IMG/VR virus record: IMGVR_UViG_3300033121_002154
Span: 1 to 64,000 of that record
Source of the DNA: a virus
Lineage: Duplodnaviria > Caudoviricetes
Length of the DNA stretch: 64,000 nt
Direction: 5' to 3' (one strand)
In this document: positions 38,960 to 48,361 of the stretch, one piece after another
How the letters are laid out: each line of letters begins with the position of its first letter
Numbering within the stretch: position 1 is the first letter of the stretch
Notes under the pieces: generated by a model
What the model saw: the letters and a program-made list of their open reading frames with translations, nothing else
Told to the model about the DNA's origin: nothing
Databases searched by the model: none
Translations under genes and position numbers: made by a program

Positions 38960-39754
38960 ATGACATTAAAAAAAATATTAAATGAATTGATATATGCCGA
39001 AAAAATTCCAAATGATTTATCAAAAATTTATTGGAAAAATGGTAGAATTGCATTTAGCACAGATGACATGACAATGTTATTTGATTCTATAATTTTTGGA
39101 GTTAACAAAGAATCAAAAGAATTATTTTATTATACAATGGATGATTGGTCTGAAATTCGTTCAATCAAGCATATTCAGCAAGCTTTAAAAGATTTAATAC
39201 GTGCAAAAATTATTGATTTAACATGGATTGTAACAATTGAAAGTAAAAAAAATACAATACGTTCTTTAAATTCAAATAAAGTCAAAGACATAATAAATAT
39301 TGATACAAATTTTAGTAATAAAATTCCATTTTGTTTTCATGGAACTTCCACAGAATATCTACCAGATATTTTAAAAAATGGTATTATTAATAGAAAAAAT
39401 TCAAAAACAAAACCAAACTGGGATAAAGGATATGTTGAAATATCTAAATATAACATTTATCTTACAATTGATTATCAACGTGCAGTTTATTACGCAAACA
39501 AAACAGTAGAAGCAAATAAAAATCAAGGAATAATTTCAAAGCCAATAGTTATAATGATCAAAGATTTAGATACTAAATTTGCAATAACTGATGATGATTA
39601 TTTGACACATAAAAATTTATCATTACTACAATATTTAAGAACAGGTAAGAAAGCAAAAGATAATTATATTCAGGGAATTCGTAATACATCACAATTTGCA
39701 TATACAAAAAATATTCCTGCAAATAAAATTTATAAAGTATTTAAACGACATTAA
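38960..39754 (+). CDS. leader-bearing ART-fold protein
   Basis: MTLKKILNE; FHGTS..ILKNGI..IYLT..AVYYA. Confidence 0.6.
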   Translation: MTLKKILNELIYAEKIPNDLSKIYWKNGRIAFSTDDMTMLFDSIIFGVNKESKELFYYTMDDWSEIRSIKHIQQALKDLIRAKIIDLTWIVTIESKKNTIRSLNSNKVKDIINIDTNFSNKIPFCFHGTSTEYLPDILKNGIINRKNSKTKPNWDKGYVEISKYNIYLTIDYQRAVYYANKTVEANKNQGIISKPIVIMIKDLDTKFAITDDDYLTHKNLSLLQYLRTGKKAKDNYIQGIRNTSQFAYTKNIPANKIYKVFKRH

Positions 39755-39765
39755 AAAAGGAAAAA

Positions 39766-40248
39766 ATGCCAACAATTAATTTAAGTATTAAAGTTATTCC
39801 ACAAGGTTTATATGATAAAAATAATGACTCACTTATAACAGAAGTTTATCCAACTGTTAATTTGTGGTCACTTACATCTGGAACAAAACAATTGTCAGGT
39901 CAAAGTACAGCAGTTTTAAATAGATATACATTTAAAACTCAAATGAGTTATTCATATGCTGGTTCGGCTTCTGCAGATCGTCCACTTTATATTCAAGTGA
40001 CACTTCCAAACCATATTGAAATTTGGAGTAGTACATCAATAATATTCAATCAATCAGTTACATCAAATTATAATTATGATTTTACGATAGCTCAAACAAA
40101 AACATTAGGAGATAATTCAATTAATGTAAGTACTTCATCTTCAAGATTTGCAATGTTTGTTGGTGATTTAAATAATGATGGAATAATTGACACAACTGAT
40201 TTAAGTACTTTAGAAAATAATATGGATATTTATGCAATTACCCCTTAA
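39766..40248 (+). CDS. host-like beta domain ending in one dockerin/EF-hand-like repeat
   Basis: NHIEIWS...YDFT...GDN...RFAMFVGDLNNDGIIDTTDL. Confidence 0.6.
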   Translation: MPTINLSIKVIPQGLYDKNNDSLITEVYPTVNLWSLTSGTKQLSGQSTAVLNRYTFKTQMSYSYAGSASADRPLYIQVTLPNHIEIWSSTSIIFNQSVTSNYNYDFTIAQTKTLGDNSINVSTSSSRFAMFVGDLNNDGIIDTTDLSTLENNMDIYAITP

Positions 40249-40256
40249 ATAAAAAT

Positions 40257-41420
40257 ATGGATATATTAGATAAAAAAATAGAGAACCCAGAAACACATAG
40301 ACAGATAAAATTAAGTACTGCATTACATCATGATAAAGATGATACAGTATATAAAACAGCCAAAAATATTATTGATAAAAGTAAAAAAGAAAAAAAACCA
40401 AAAAAAGAACCAAGTATTTTTATTAAAAAATATGGCAATTTAAAATTAAATGCATTTCCACCTGAAGATGTGAAAGAGGAAGATGTAAAAGTTAATACAG
40501 AAGGTGACATTCATAGTCATGCTGTGTTAACTTGGCGTGATCCAAAAACTGGTCGTGCTGTAAATAGTTACACTCAAAAATTTATGAAAAGAAATGCAAA
40601 AATTAAATGGGCTAGAATAAAAAAATTAAATAGCCATAAAGTTGAATCTATAATAAAAGAATCAAATGATGAATTAAATTCAGATGATCCCGAAATAAGT
40701 GATAGTGCTGCAATCATTTCTATAATTGCACAAACTGGATTAAGAATAGGTGATCATACCAATTATAATAGAACTAAAAATCGTGGTGTAATGACACTTG
40801 GTCCTGAAAATATAAAAATTGAAGACAATATAATTAAATTAAATTTTGTAGGTAAAAGTTATAAAGAAAACAATGCATCGATAAAAGATGAAAAATTAGC
40901 AAATTATTTACAAAAAAGATTAAATGAAAATAAAGATAAAAATTTTATATTTGATACTGGGTATAATGAAGTAAATAGTTTATTTGATAAATTTGCTGGA
41001 AATAAATTTAAAATCAAAGATTTAAGAACATATACTGCAACAACTATGGCAAAAAATATTCTCTTAAAAGATAAAACTCCACCGCCACCTTTGCCTGAAA
41101 ATGATAGACAAATAAAAAAAGCAATTAAGAAAAAATTATTAAATGTATTTGAACAAGTTAGCCAGAGATTAAATAATACACCAGCAATGGCAAAATCAAG
41201 TTATATTCATCCTGAAATTATTAATAAATGGTTAGCAACATTAGGTGTAAGAGAAGAATTAACAAAAGAAGTATATTCAGAAGGAAAAATATTTGTTAAT
41301 TTATTAACAGAAGAAAAGAAAAGTTCAACATTTAAAGTCACAAATGATTTTGAAGATTGTGATGAATATGAATTACCAAAATGGTGGAATGATGAAAATG
41401 TTAAATTAATTAAAAAATGA
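40257..41420 (+). CDS. DNA topoisomerase IB (bacterial/poxvirus-like)
   Basis: GLRIG (Arg), FVGKS (Lys), KDLRTY (Arg), LNNT, SYIHP (catalytic Tyr). Confidence 0.85.
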   Translation: MDILDKKIENPETHRQIKLSTALHHDKDDTVYKTAKNIIDKSKKEKKPKKEPSIFIKKYGNLKLNAFPPEDVKEEDVKVNTEGDIHSHAVLTWRDPKTGRAVNSYTQKFMKRNAKIKWARIKKLNSHKVESIIKESNDELNSDDPEISDSAAIISIIAQTGLRIGDHTNYNRTKNRGVMTLGPENIKIEDNIIKLNFVGKSYKENNASIKDEKLANYLQKRLNENKDKNFIFDTGYNEVNSLFDKFAGNKFKIKDLRTYTATTMAKNILLKDKTPPPPLPENDRQIKKAIKKKLLNVFEQVSQRLNNTPAMAKSSYIHPEIINKWLATLGVREELTKEVYSEGKIFVNLLTEEKKSSTFKVTNDFEDCDEYELPKWWNDENVKLIKK

Positions 41421-42361
41421 AATTAATAAATATTTTAAATGAATTACGATATTTAGATTATCAAAAAGATATTGCTAATAATAAAATTTTAAAAGATAAT
41501 GAAACAATTTCAGTATTTCACGGGTTTGCTCAATTAAATCAAGCATTGTTAGCAATAAAATTTGGATTATCTGGTAAAGAAAATGCTGATAGAAGATATA
41601 GTTATGAATATGGTAATAATCCTAAAGGTTTATTTGTAAGTGCAGATATTCAAACAATAATTCGCTCACATTTTGCAGGTAGCGGTGTCATCATTCAATT
41701 TTCAACAAAAGTAAAAAATCTTGAATCACCTGTTTGGGTAGGTGGAAGAAGTTACTTTGTTCAAGGTGAATATACAAAAAGTTTTAAAGATGATAATGAA
41801 AGAGAAGAACAAAGATTAAAAAATAGAGAAAGAGATAGTGCAAATATATATCCAACAATTTCAAAAAGTGATAGGCCTGAATTGGCACAAACATTATTTG
41901 ATAATATGGAACATCAAGCTTTGTTTATTGGACATTTAAATCCAAATATGATTAAGTATGTTTGGGTACATAAAAATTTAATGATTAACAAAAGAACAAG
42001 TGGAATATGGAAGAAAATGCAACCAAAAGTATTTTTAAAAAAATATTTTGAATCAAATGCTAAATCAAAAACACAATCTTATAATAGAAAAACTCAAAAA
42101 TGGGAATATGGAGAAGAGGATTATTCTGATGAATATTATAAACATTTAGATAAAATTTTTAAACCAAATGATGATTTTAATTTAAATAAAGTTAATGAAT
42201 ATTTTAAAAAACATAAATTTACAATAAGTGGAAATGAATATACATCTTTTACTCTAAATACATTTTTAAAATCTTTTTATCAAAGTAGAATTTATGAAGA
42301 TTATATAGACAAAATGTTTTGGCCAAAACAAATTGAGCAAATTGAGCAACTTTTAAAATAA
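41417..42361 (+). CDS. leader-bearing possible ART-fold protein
   Basis: MKLINILNE; VFHGF..GLSG..GLFVS..EHQALF. Confidence 0.5.
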   Translation: MKLINILNELRYLDYQKDIANNKILKDNETISVFHGFAQLNQALLAIKFGLSGKENADRRYSYEYGNNPKGLFVSADIQTIIRSHFAGSGVIIQFSTKVKNLESPVWVGGRSYFVQGEYTKSFKDDNEREEQRLKNRERDSANIYPTISKSDRPELAQTLFDNMEHQALFIGHLNPNMIKYVWVHKNLMINKRTSGIWKKMQPKVFLKKYFESNAKSKTQSYNRKTQKWEYGEEDYSDEYYKHLDKIFKPNDDFNLNKVNEYFKKHKFTISGNEYTSFTLNTFLKSFYQSRIYEDYIDKMFWPKQIEQIEQLLK

Positions 42362-42423
42362 TTTAAATATTAAATTATAATATTTATATAAAAGTTTTTA
42401 TTTTTTTAAATAAATTTTTAAAT

Positions 42424-42639
42424 ATGCCAAAATCAACAACAACAGCAAATGATACTTTAGATGCTTTATTAAGATCAGTAGATCCATCATGGAGAAGTGG
42501 GGCAACAAGATATGTAGCATTACATACAGGTGATCCTGGCAATCCAGCAACAATTACTCCAAATAGCATTATTTCAGGAGATGTAGAGGTAGATATTTCA
42601 GGTAATGGTGAAACATTATCAATTTTAACTAGACAATAA
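42424..42639 (+). CDS. short virion/tail-fibre-associated protein, possibly truncated
   Basis: YVALHTGDPG motif recalled from longer phage structural proteins. Confidence 0.45.
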   Translation: MPKSTTTANDTLDALLRSVDPSWRSGATRYVALHTGDPGNPATITPNSIISGDVEVDISGNGETLSILTRQ

Positions 42640-43046
42640 TGATTAATACTTTATCAGTTGCTACAAGAAGGAAGCTTTGTTCAACACTTAAAAAGACATT
42701 ATCAATAGCGGCATTTGGTTTACTTATACAACAAGATATTACTGAGCCAATTATTCAACAGGATGTAGTAACAAAAACTCATTATGGTGGCGGTGGTAAT
42801 TCTGAAGTTAGAATAAAAAATAAAAATCAAAACCAAAAAGCAAAATTTTTATCTTTTAAAATTAAACTTAAAGGAACAAATAAATGGCAACATGTTGTAT
42901 ATGATAACAAAGAAAATAATGATATATTATTTTTATTAATGAACAATCCATTGATAACGAAAGAAAATATAAAATTAAAATTTAATTTGAAAACATATGA
43001 AAATGAAAAAAAGTTTACTTTTACATTAAATCAGGGAAAAATATGA
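42639..43046 (+). CDS. hypothetical protein
   Basis: 135-aa ORF coupled to its neighbours. Confidence 0.5.
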   Translation: MINTLSVATRRKLCSTLKKTLSIAAFGLLIQQDITEPIIQQDVVTKTHYGGGGNSEVRIKNKNQNQKAKFLSFKIKLKGTNKWQHVVYDNKENNDILFLLMNNPLITKENIKLKFNLKTYENEKKFTFTLNQGKI

Positions 43047-43513
43047 AATTAGACATAACTGAAAAACAAAATATAGAGTTTGATTTACAATTTTCTGGAG
43101 CAGATTCAGATGAATTGAAACCAAGACTGGTTTTACATGAAAACAATTATTCTTTAGTCTTTGAAGGTAAATTAAGTAAAGGGAAATGTAATTTTTCATT
43201 ACCTATATTATCAAAAGTAATTCAAAGCAAAAAAATGCTTGCTGAAATTGAGGTGATTGTAGAAAATAAAATATATAAACCGTGGTCATCAGATATTGAT
43301 ATTGAGAGTCCAATTAATTTCAATATCAAAGAAAGTAACAATCAATCCAAACTTGATGTTGTATTTGAAAACATAAATGTAAAAAATGTATCAAAGATGA
43401 TTAAGGTTAAAACCCCAAGAGGATTAAAAGAATACAAATTACTTAAGCGAGGTGAAAAAGAAATTATTGTTGAAGATAATAGAGGCAAAGAAAAAACAAT
43501 AAAAATAAAATAA
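43043..43513 (+). CDS. conserved large-phage hypothetical protein
   Basis: PRLVL...AEIEVIVE...PW pattern. Confidence 0.55.
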   Translation: MKLDITEKQNIEFDLQFSGADSDELKPRLVLHENNYSLVFEGKLSKGKCNFSLPILSKVIQSKKMLAEIEVIVENKIYKPWSSDIDIESPINFNIKESNNQSKLDVVFENINVKNVSKMIKVKTPRGLKEYKLLKRGEKEIIVEDNRGKEKTIKIK

Positions 43514-43516
43514 TTT

Positions 43517-44008
43517 ATGATAATATTACAAAATGACTCAGAAAACCTTGAACAAACATTTGTTCGTAAAGGTTTAATTGCACATATTCCTATATTAATA
43601 GATGGGGAAACATATTGGGCAACAGACACTCAAACACTCCATGTTGGTCAAGCAGACGGAAAGAATAAAGTATTTTATCCTGGACAAATAGGTTATACAA
43701 TTATAGATGCAGTTGGTGAACCTATTCAGGTTGATTGTTCATTTAATATAAATTTTTATATTCCATTTTACGGTGATGGTGTTAGTAACTCTCAAGTTAT
43801 GTTAAATAATATGCCAGAAGGAAAGTGGATAACTGTAGTATCTGATAATTATGTACCTGGGTATGGTGAATATGAATTTATAGATGTAATATGGCCAACG
43901 GATGAGCCGACAGCTGATGATACACAAACATTTTTTTATTCTTTCATTAAATTTAATGGCAAAATTTTTGGAACCAGTAGAAAAAAATACCCATATACAG
44001 TACTTTAG
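43517..44008 (+). CDS. tail-fibre N-terminal-like protein
   Basis: PILIDGETYWATDTQTLHVG resembles the Mtd/hyaluronidase N-terminal fibre-attachment motif. Confidence 0.5.
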   Translation: MIILQNDSENLEQTFVRKGLIAHIPILIDGETYWATDTQTLHVGQADGKNKVFYPGQIGYTIIDAVGEPIQVDCSFNINFYIPFYGDGVSNSQVMLNNMPEGKWITVVSDNYVPGYGEYEFIDVIWPTDEPTADDTQTFFYSFIKFNGKIFGTSRKKYPYTVL

Positions 44009-47000
44009 TTTAACAATAATATTATTTTTAGCTTTATTTGTCAATGGAGTTGCACAGCCAATTTTTACTCCTCCGCAGCCAAATAGAACTGTAAAGAAAT
44101 ATTTTGTTAGTAAATTAGGAAATGATGCAAATAGTGGACTAACAGCTGGTACATCTTGGCAGACATTAGATAGAGTAAATAGACAAAGATTGTTTAGTGG
44201 TGATTCTGTTGTATTTAATGGTGGTGATACTATTTTAGGTTCTTTAAATTTAAATTCACAAAAAAATTCTCAATTTAATAATATTGATGTTAGTTCAGTA
44301 TTACCAATAAGTTTTAATAGTTATGGAACCGGAAAAGCAACATTAAAATGTGCAGATACATTATCTTATGTTGTTAAAATTACTTATTTAGCTAAAACAA
44401 AAATTACATTTAAAAATTTAAATTTCTTAGGTATTTATGATGCAGTATCTTATTCAGGCGGTAATAATTCAATTGGATATGGAATTGTAATTGATAATTA
44501 TACAAGAAATTTTTATGTTGATAAAAATGGCATTAATATTTATCCCGGTTCAGGAGGATTGTTTAGTGTTGATTCTTGTAGATTTTCAAGGTTTAAAACT
44601 GCAGGAATAGGATTAATAGTTGTATCACCATTAAAACAGGAAGCAACATTTAATATAACCTCAAATGATTTTGATAGTATTGGATTTACTGGAATTTATG
44701 GAATTGGAATTTATAGCTGCAATGTTAATATTACAAATAATAGCATTACAAATATAATTGGAAAAAATTCAACAGATAATTATTCTTCAGCAGGAATATT
44801 TTTTAATAGAGTAAACAATGCTTCAATTCAATATAATTACATAAATAAAATTGGCATGAATAATCTTCAGTCATTTGGTGGAGTTTATATTGCTGGTTCA
44901 TCAAATTGTGAAATAAGAAGAAATGAAATTAAAAATGTAAGAAATAAAACCGGAAGTGATGGGGCAGGAATATATTTTAATTGTCAATCTGATTCAAATT
45001 CAGCTGAATATAATTACATTGCAAATTGTGAAACAGGTATAATTTTAAGTAATGCTACAAATAATTCTTGTCCAGATTGGCACACACCAGAAGATGAATT
45101 TGTTCAATCATCTTATAATGTTGCTGCTTATAATATTATAATGATGGATTCCGGTGCAACAACTGGAATATCTTTATATAATTATCCCTATAGATCTGTA
45201 TATACAAGATATGATGGTAGATTTCCAAAAAGAAATTTTATTTATAATAATTTACTTTATATAAAAAGATCCAAAGATATTGGACAATCTAATATGGATG
45301 ATACTGCATATTTTACTTGTGGTATTAGACAATTTGGATATAATGATTCAACATACATTTATAATAATATACTTTATTTAAAAGATTCAACTTTAGCAAT
45401 TTCTACAGCACTTACACATTCATCTGATATAAGTGATTCATTAACTAATCAATGGGGCAATTTATTTACAAATTCAAAAATTTTAAATAACAATTATTAT
45501 TTTGAAAATGAAGATAGTACTTATAGATTTTCAGAACAATTAGGAACATTTGGACCTGCACCAAATTATTATCCGCTTTCAAGAAAATTTTTATATCCAA
45601 CATATTGGTCTGATTCCACAAGTTCAGAAAAAGATGTTGATTATTTATATTCATATTATAATACTGATCCTGGTATAAAAAACATAACTCAAAATTTATC
45701 AGTGAAAATAAATCCATATGAATTTGATACATTAACATGCTTTCAGATAACCGATATTTATTCCAATGTGCTCGGAAATGGCACAGATTTTAATACTGAT
45801 ATTCAAAAAATTGCAAATGTTTTATCACTTGATATTTATGGTAATGCAATACCACAACAACCTTCATTAGGTGTTTATCAAGGATATATTAGAACAAGAC
45901 ATTATTATGTATCTTCTGCTGGCGATGATAATAATAGCGGGCTTTTAACCACAAGAAGCTTTAAAACTTTAACAAAAATCAGTACAATTAATCTTCATTC
46001 TGGTGACACAGTTTCATTTAAAGGTGGTGATATAATTTATGGTCAATATAATAAAACAATTGTTTTAAAAAATGACTCAAGTAAAATTGTGTTTAATAGT
46101 TATGGTACCGGAAAAGCAACAATTGAGGCAATTGTTGGACAAGATAAAATATTTAATTTAAATTATAGCAAACAAATAAAATATGAATTTAAAAATCTTA
46201 TTTTTAAAGGAGATTATGATGCATATAATCGCTCTGGAGATACATTAAATCAATATGGAATAATGTTCACAAATTCAGACAAAACAATTACACCAGAATG
46301 CAGTAACTTTTATTTTAATATAGATAGTTGTGAATTTACTGGATTTAAAGTATCAGGATTATGTTTAATAAATAATAATTATTATATTAGAGGATATTTA
46401 AGAATACAAAATTCTAATTTTCATGATATTGGTGTCAAAGGATTTGAAATTTATCGTATATATTATTCTGATTTTAAAGTTACAAATAACTCTATAACGA
46501 ATATTTATGGTAAGTGGGGAGGAACAACACCACATAGTTCTAATACATATAATTTATATGCTTATGCTACATATATAATTCAATCGAGAGGTTTGATAAT
46601 TGATTCCAATTATGTAAATAATATTGGGAATTATGCTGCTGGTTGTGGGTTGTATGTTTCTGCCAGTAAAAGTGTAAAATTTCAACATAATGAAGTTAGA
46701 AATATAAAGACTATGACTGGTGTTGAGGGTCATAGTTTATATCAAGATTGTGGTAGTGATTCGGTTTTATTTGAATATAATTATTCACAAAATTCTTATC
46801 ACGGTCTTTCACTTGCAGGTGGTGGTACAATATCATCAGGATATGATCCGATTTATTTCCCTGATGGGGTTGTTGAAGATAATATTGGTTCAAATAATAA
46901 TATTGCAAGATATAATATTTTTATTATGGATTCAACAAGTCATTCAGCTGCAACATTATATTCTGCTGATACAAATTATAGACATGGTGATTATTCATAT

Positions 47001-47633
47001 GCAACTCACAACAATATGTTTTATAATAATTTAGTTTATGCAGGAATAGTTGGAACTCCGGATACGGCTGATGCAAAAGTATATCCATCTGGTATTACAT
47101 CATTTGGTGGGCATGATTCTTTATATGTTTTTAATAATATTTTTATTCTGGATTCTGGAAGAGCATTTAGATTAGAACCCACATATAAAAGTGAACATGG
47201 GCAGACAATAAATGCATTTATTCATAATAATATATATTGGGATGTAGACGGAACTCAAGATAAAATAATTTCACAATGGAGAAAAACAGGATGGACTTTA
47301 GTGACATGGTTTCACTGGTTTGATAAAACTTTTAGCTCACTTACTGAATGGGCTGACTCAACGGGTTATGAAAAAAATGGTATGAGTTATACATTTATAA
47401 ATACAAATCCTAATATTAAAAATATAATGGCTAGAATTTATGGCACATCTGCAAGAATAAAATTACTTGATACATTAAATAATTTTAAACCATTACCAGG
47501 TTCTGTAGCATTTAATAGTGGAACAAACTATAATAATATTGTAAGATATTTGGGCCACGATACTGCAACATATGATTTTTATGGAAATATAATTGATGCA
47601 ACAGATGATATTGGAATATATTCATCACCATAA
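43902..47633 (+). CDS. large tandem right-handed beta-helix protein (depolymerase/pectate-lyase-like) with signal-peptide-like segment; start uncertain
   Basis: Two copies of Y(F/Y)VS..G.D.NSGL...S..TL...GD.V.F.GGD...FNSYGTGKAT; Asn-ladder repeats; IILFLALFVNGVA/Q. Confidence 0.75.
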   Translation: MSRQLMIHKHFFILSLNLMAKFLEPVEKNTHIQYFSLTIILFLALFVNGVAQPIFTPPQPNRTVKKYFVSKLGNDANSGLTAGTSWQTLDRVNRQRLFSGDSVVFNGGDTILGSLNLNSQKNSQFNNIDVSSVLPISFNSYGTGKATLKCADTLSYVVKITYLAKTKITFKNLNFLGIYDAVSYSGGNNSIGYGIVIDNYTRNFYVDKNGINIYPGSGGLFSVDSCRFSRFKTAGIGLIVVSPLKQEATFNITSNDFDSIGFTGIYGIGIYSCNVNITNNSITNIIGKNSTDNYSSAGIFFNRVNNASIQYNYINKIGMNNLQSFGGVYIAGSSNCEIRRNEIKNVRNKTGSDGAGIYFNCQSDSNSAEYNYIANCETGIILSNATNNSCPDWHTPEDEFVQSSYNVAAYNIIMMDSGATTGISLYNYPYRSVYTRYDGRFPKRNFIYNNLLYIKRSKDIGQSNMDDTAYFTCGIRQFGYNDSTYIYNNILYLKDSTLAISTALTHSSDISDSLTNQWGNLFTNSKILNNNYYFENEDSTYRFSEQLGTFGPAPNYYPLSRKFLYPTYWSDSTSSEKDVDYLYSYYNTDPGIKNITQNLSVKINPYEFDTLTCFQITDIYSNVLGNGTDFNTDIQKIANVLSLDIYGNAIPQQPSLGVYQGYIRTRHYYVSSAGDDNNSGLLTTRSFKTLTKISTINLHSGDTVSFKGGDIIYGQYNKTIVLKNDSSKIVFNSYGTGKATIEAIVGQDKIFNLNYSKQIKYEFKNLIFKGDYDAYNRSGDTLNQYGIMFTNSDKTITPECSNFYFNIDSCEFTGFKVSGLCLINNNYYIRGYLRIQNSNFHDIGVKGFEIYRIYYSDFKVTNNSITNIYGKWGGTTPHSSNTYNLYAYATYIIQSRGLIIDSNYVNNIGNYAAGCGLYVSASKSVKFQHNEVRNIKTMTGVEGHSLYQDCGSDSVLFEYNYSQNSYHGLSLAGGGTISSGYDPIYFPDGVVEDNIGSNNNIARYNIFIMDSTSHSAATLYSADTNYRHGDYSYATHNNMFYNNLVYAGIVGTPDTADAKVYPSGITSFGGHDSLYVFNNIFILDSGRAFRLEPTYKSEHGQTINAFIHNNIYWDVDGTQDKIISQWRKTGWTLVTWFHWFDKTFSSLTEWADSTGYEKNGMSYTFINTNPNIKNIMARIYGTSARIKLLDTLNNFKPLPGSVAFNSGTNYNNIVRYLGHDTATYDFYGNIIDATDDIGIYSSP

Positions 47634-47686
47634 TAAAATTTCAAAATAATTTTTTATTGATTAAAAAATATAAAATATTTATTAAA

Positions 47687-48316
47687 ATGATAACTATAAA
47701 AAAAATATTAAATGAAATTCTTTTAAATGAAGGAATGGAAAAAGATGCATTAGTAGATAATGCAAGTAAGGCTTTATTCAAAGTTATGAATAAATATGCT
47801 ACTAAAGAAAATAGATATCAAGCCATATTATTGGTAATAATGCAAGCTATAGATTATAGATTAAATTCTGTAGATGATAGCTTTAAATATCTTCAATATA
47901 TTGCACATAACATTCTTCGTGGGGAAAATTTTCAATTGAATAATAATGCTATGGATATATTATTAGATAAAGAAAAAGTAAATTTGGATAAAAATGAAGA
48001 TTTTAATGAACATGATGAAATTTCATTAGATGGAATTGTAATAAATAATAGAACAAAAACTGTTAATTTTGGTGACAACCCTTCTATACAAATGCCAAAT
48101 ATTCAATTTAAAATTTTATATTTCTTAATGTCTCATCCGGATGTATTTTATTCAAGACAATCAATATTAAAAAATGTTTGGGGTGATAGAGGATATGATG
48201 TCAATGATAGAAATGTTGATGTTAAAATTTCACAATTAAAAGGATTTATGCCTAATGAATTCAAATCAAAAATAATTGGTAAAAAGAATATTGGATATAA
48301 GTTTGATTCTAAATAG
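47687..48316 (+). CDS. leader + OmpR/PhoB-type winged-helix DNA-binding domain, no receiver domain (likely start 47687)
   Basis: FKILYFLMSHPDVFYSRQSILKNVWG..DRNVDVKISQLK..IGYKF; MITIKKILNEILLNEG. Confidence 0.8.
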   Translation: MITIKKILNEILLNEGMEKDALVDNASKALFKVMNKYATKENRYQAILLVIMQAIDYRLNSVDDSFKYLQYIAHNILRGENFQLNNNAMDILLDKEKVNLDKNEDFNEHDEISLDGIVINNRTKTVNFGDNPSIQMPNIQFKILYFLMSHPDVFYSRQSILKNVWGDRGYDVNDRNVDVKISQLKGFMPNEFKSKIIGKKNIGYKFDSK

Positions 48317-48361
48317 TTTTTAATTGATAAATAACTAAAATAATATTTATTAAAAAAATAA

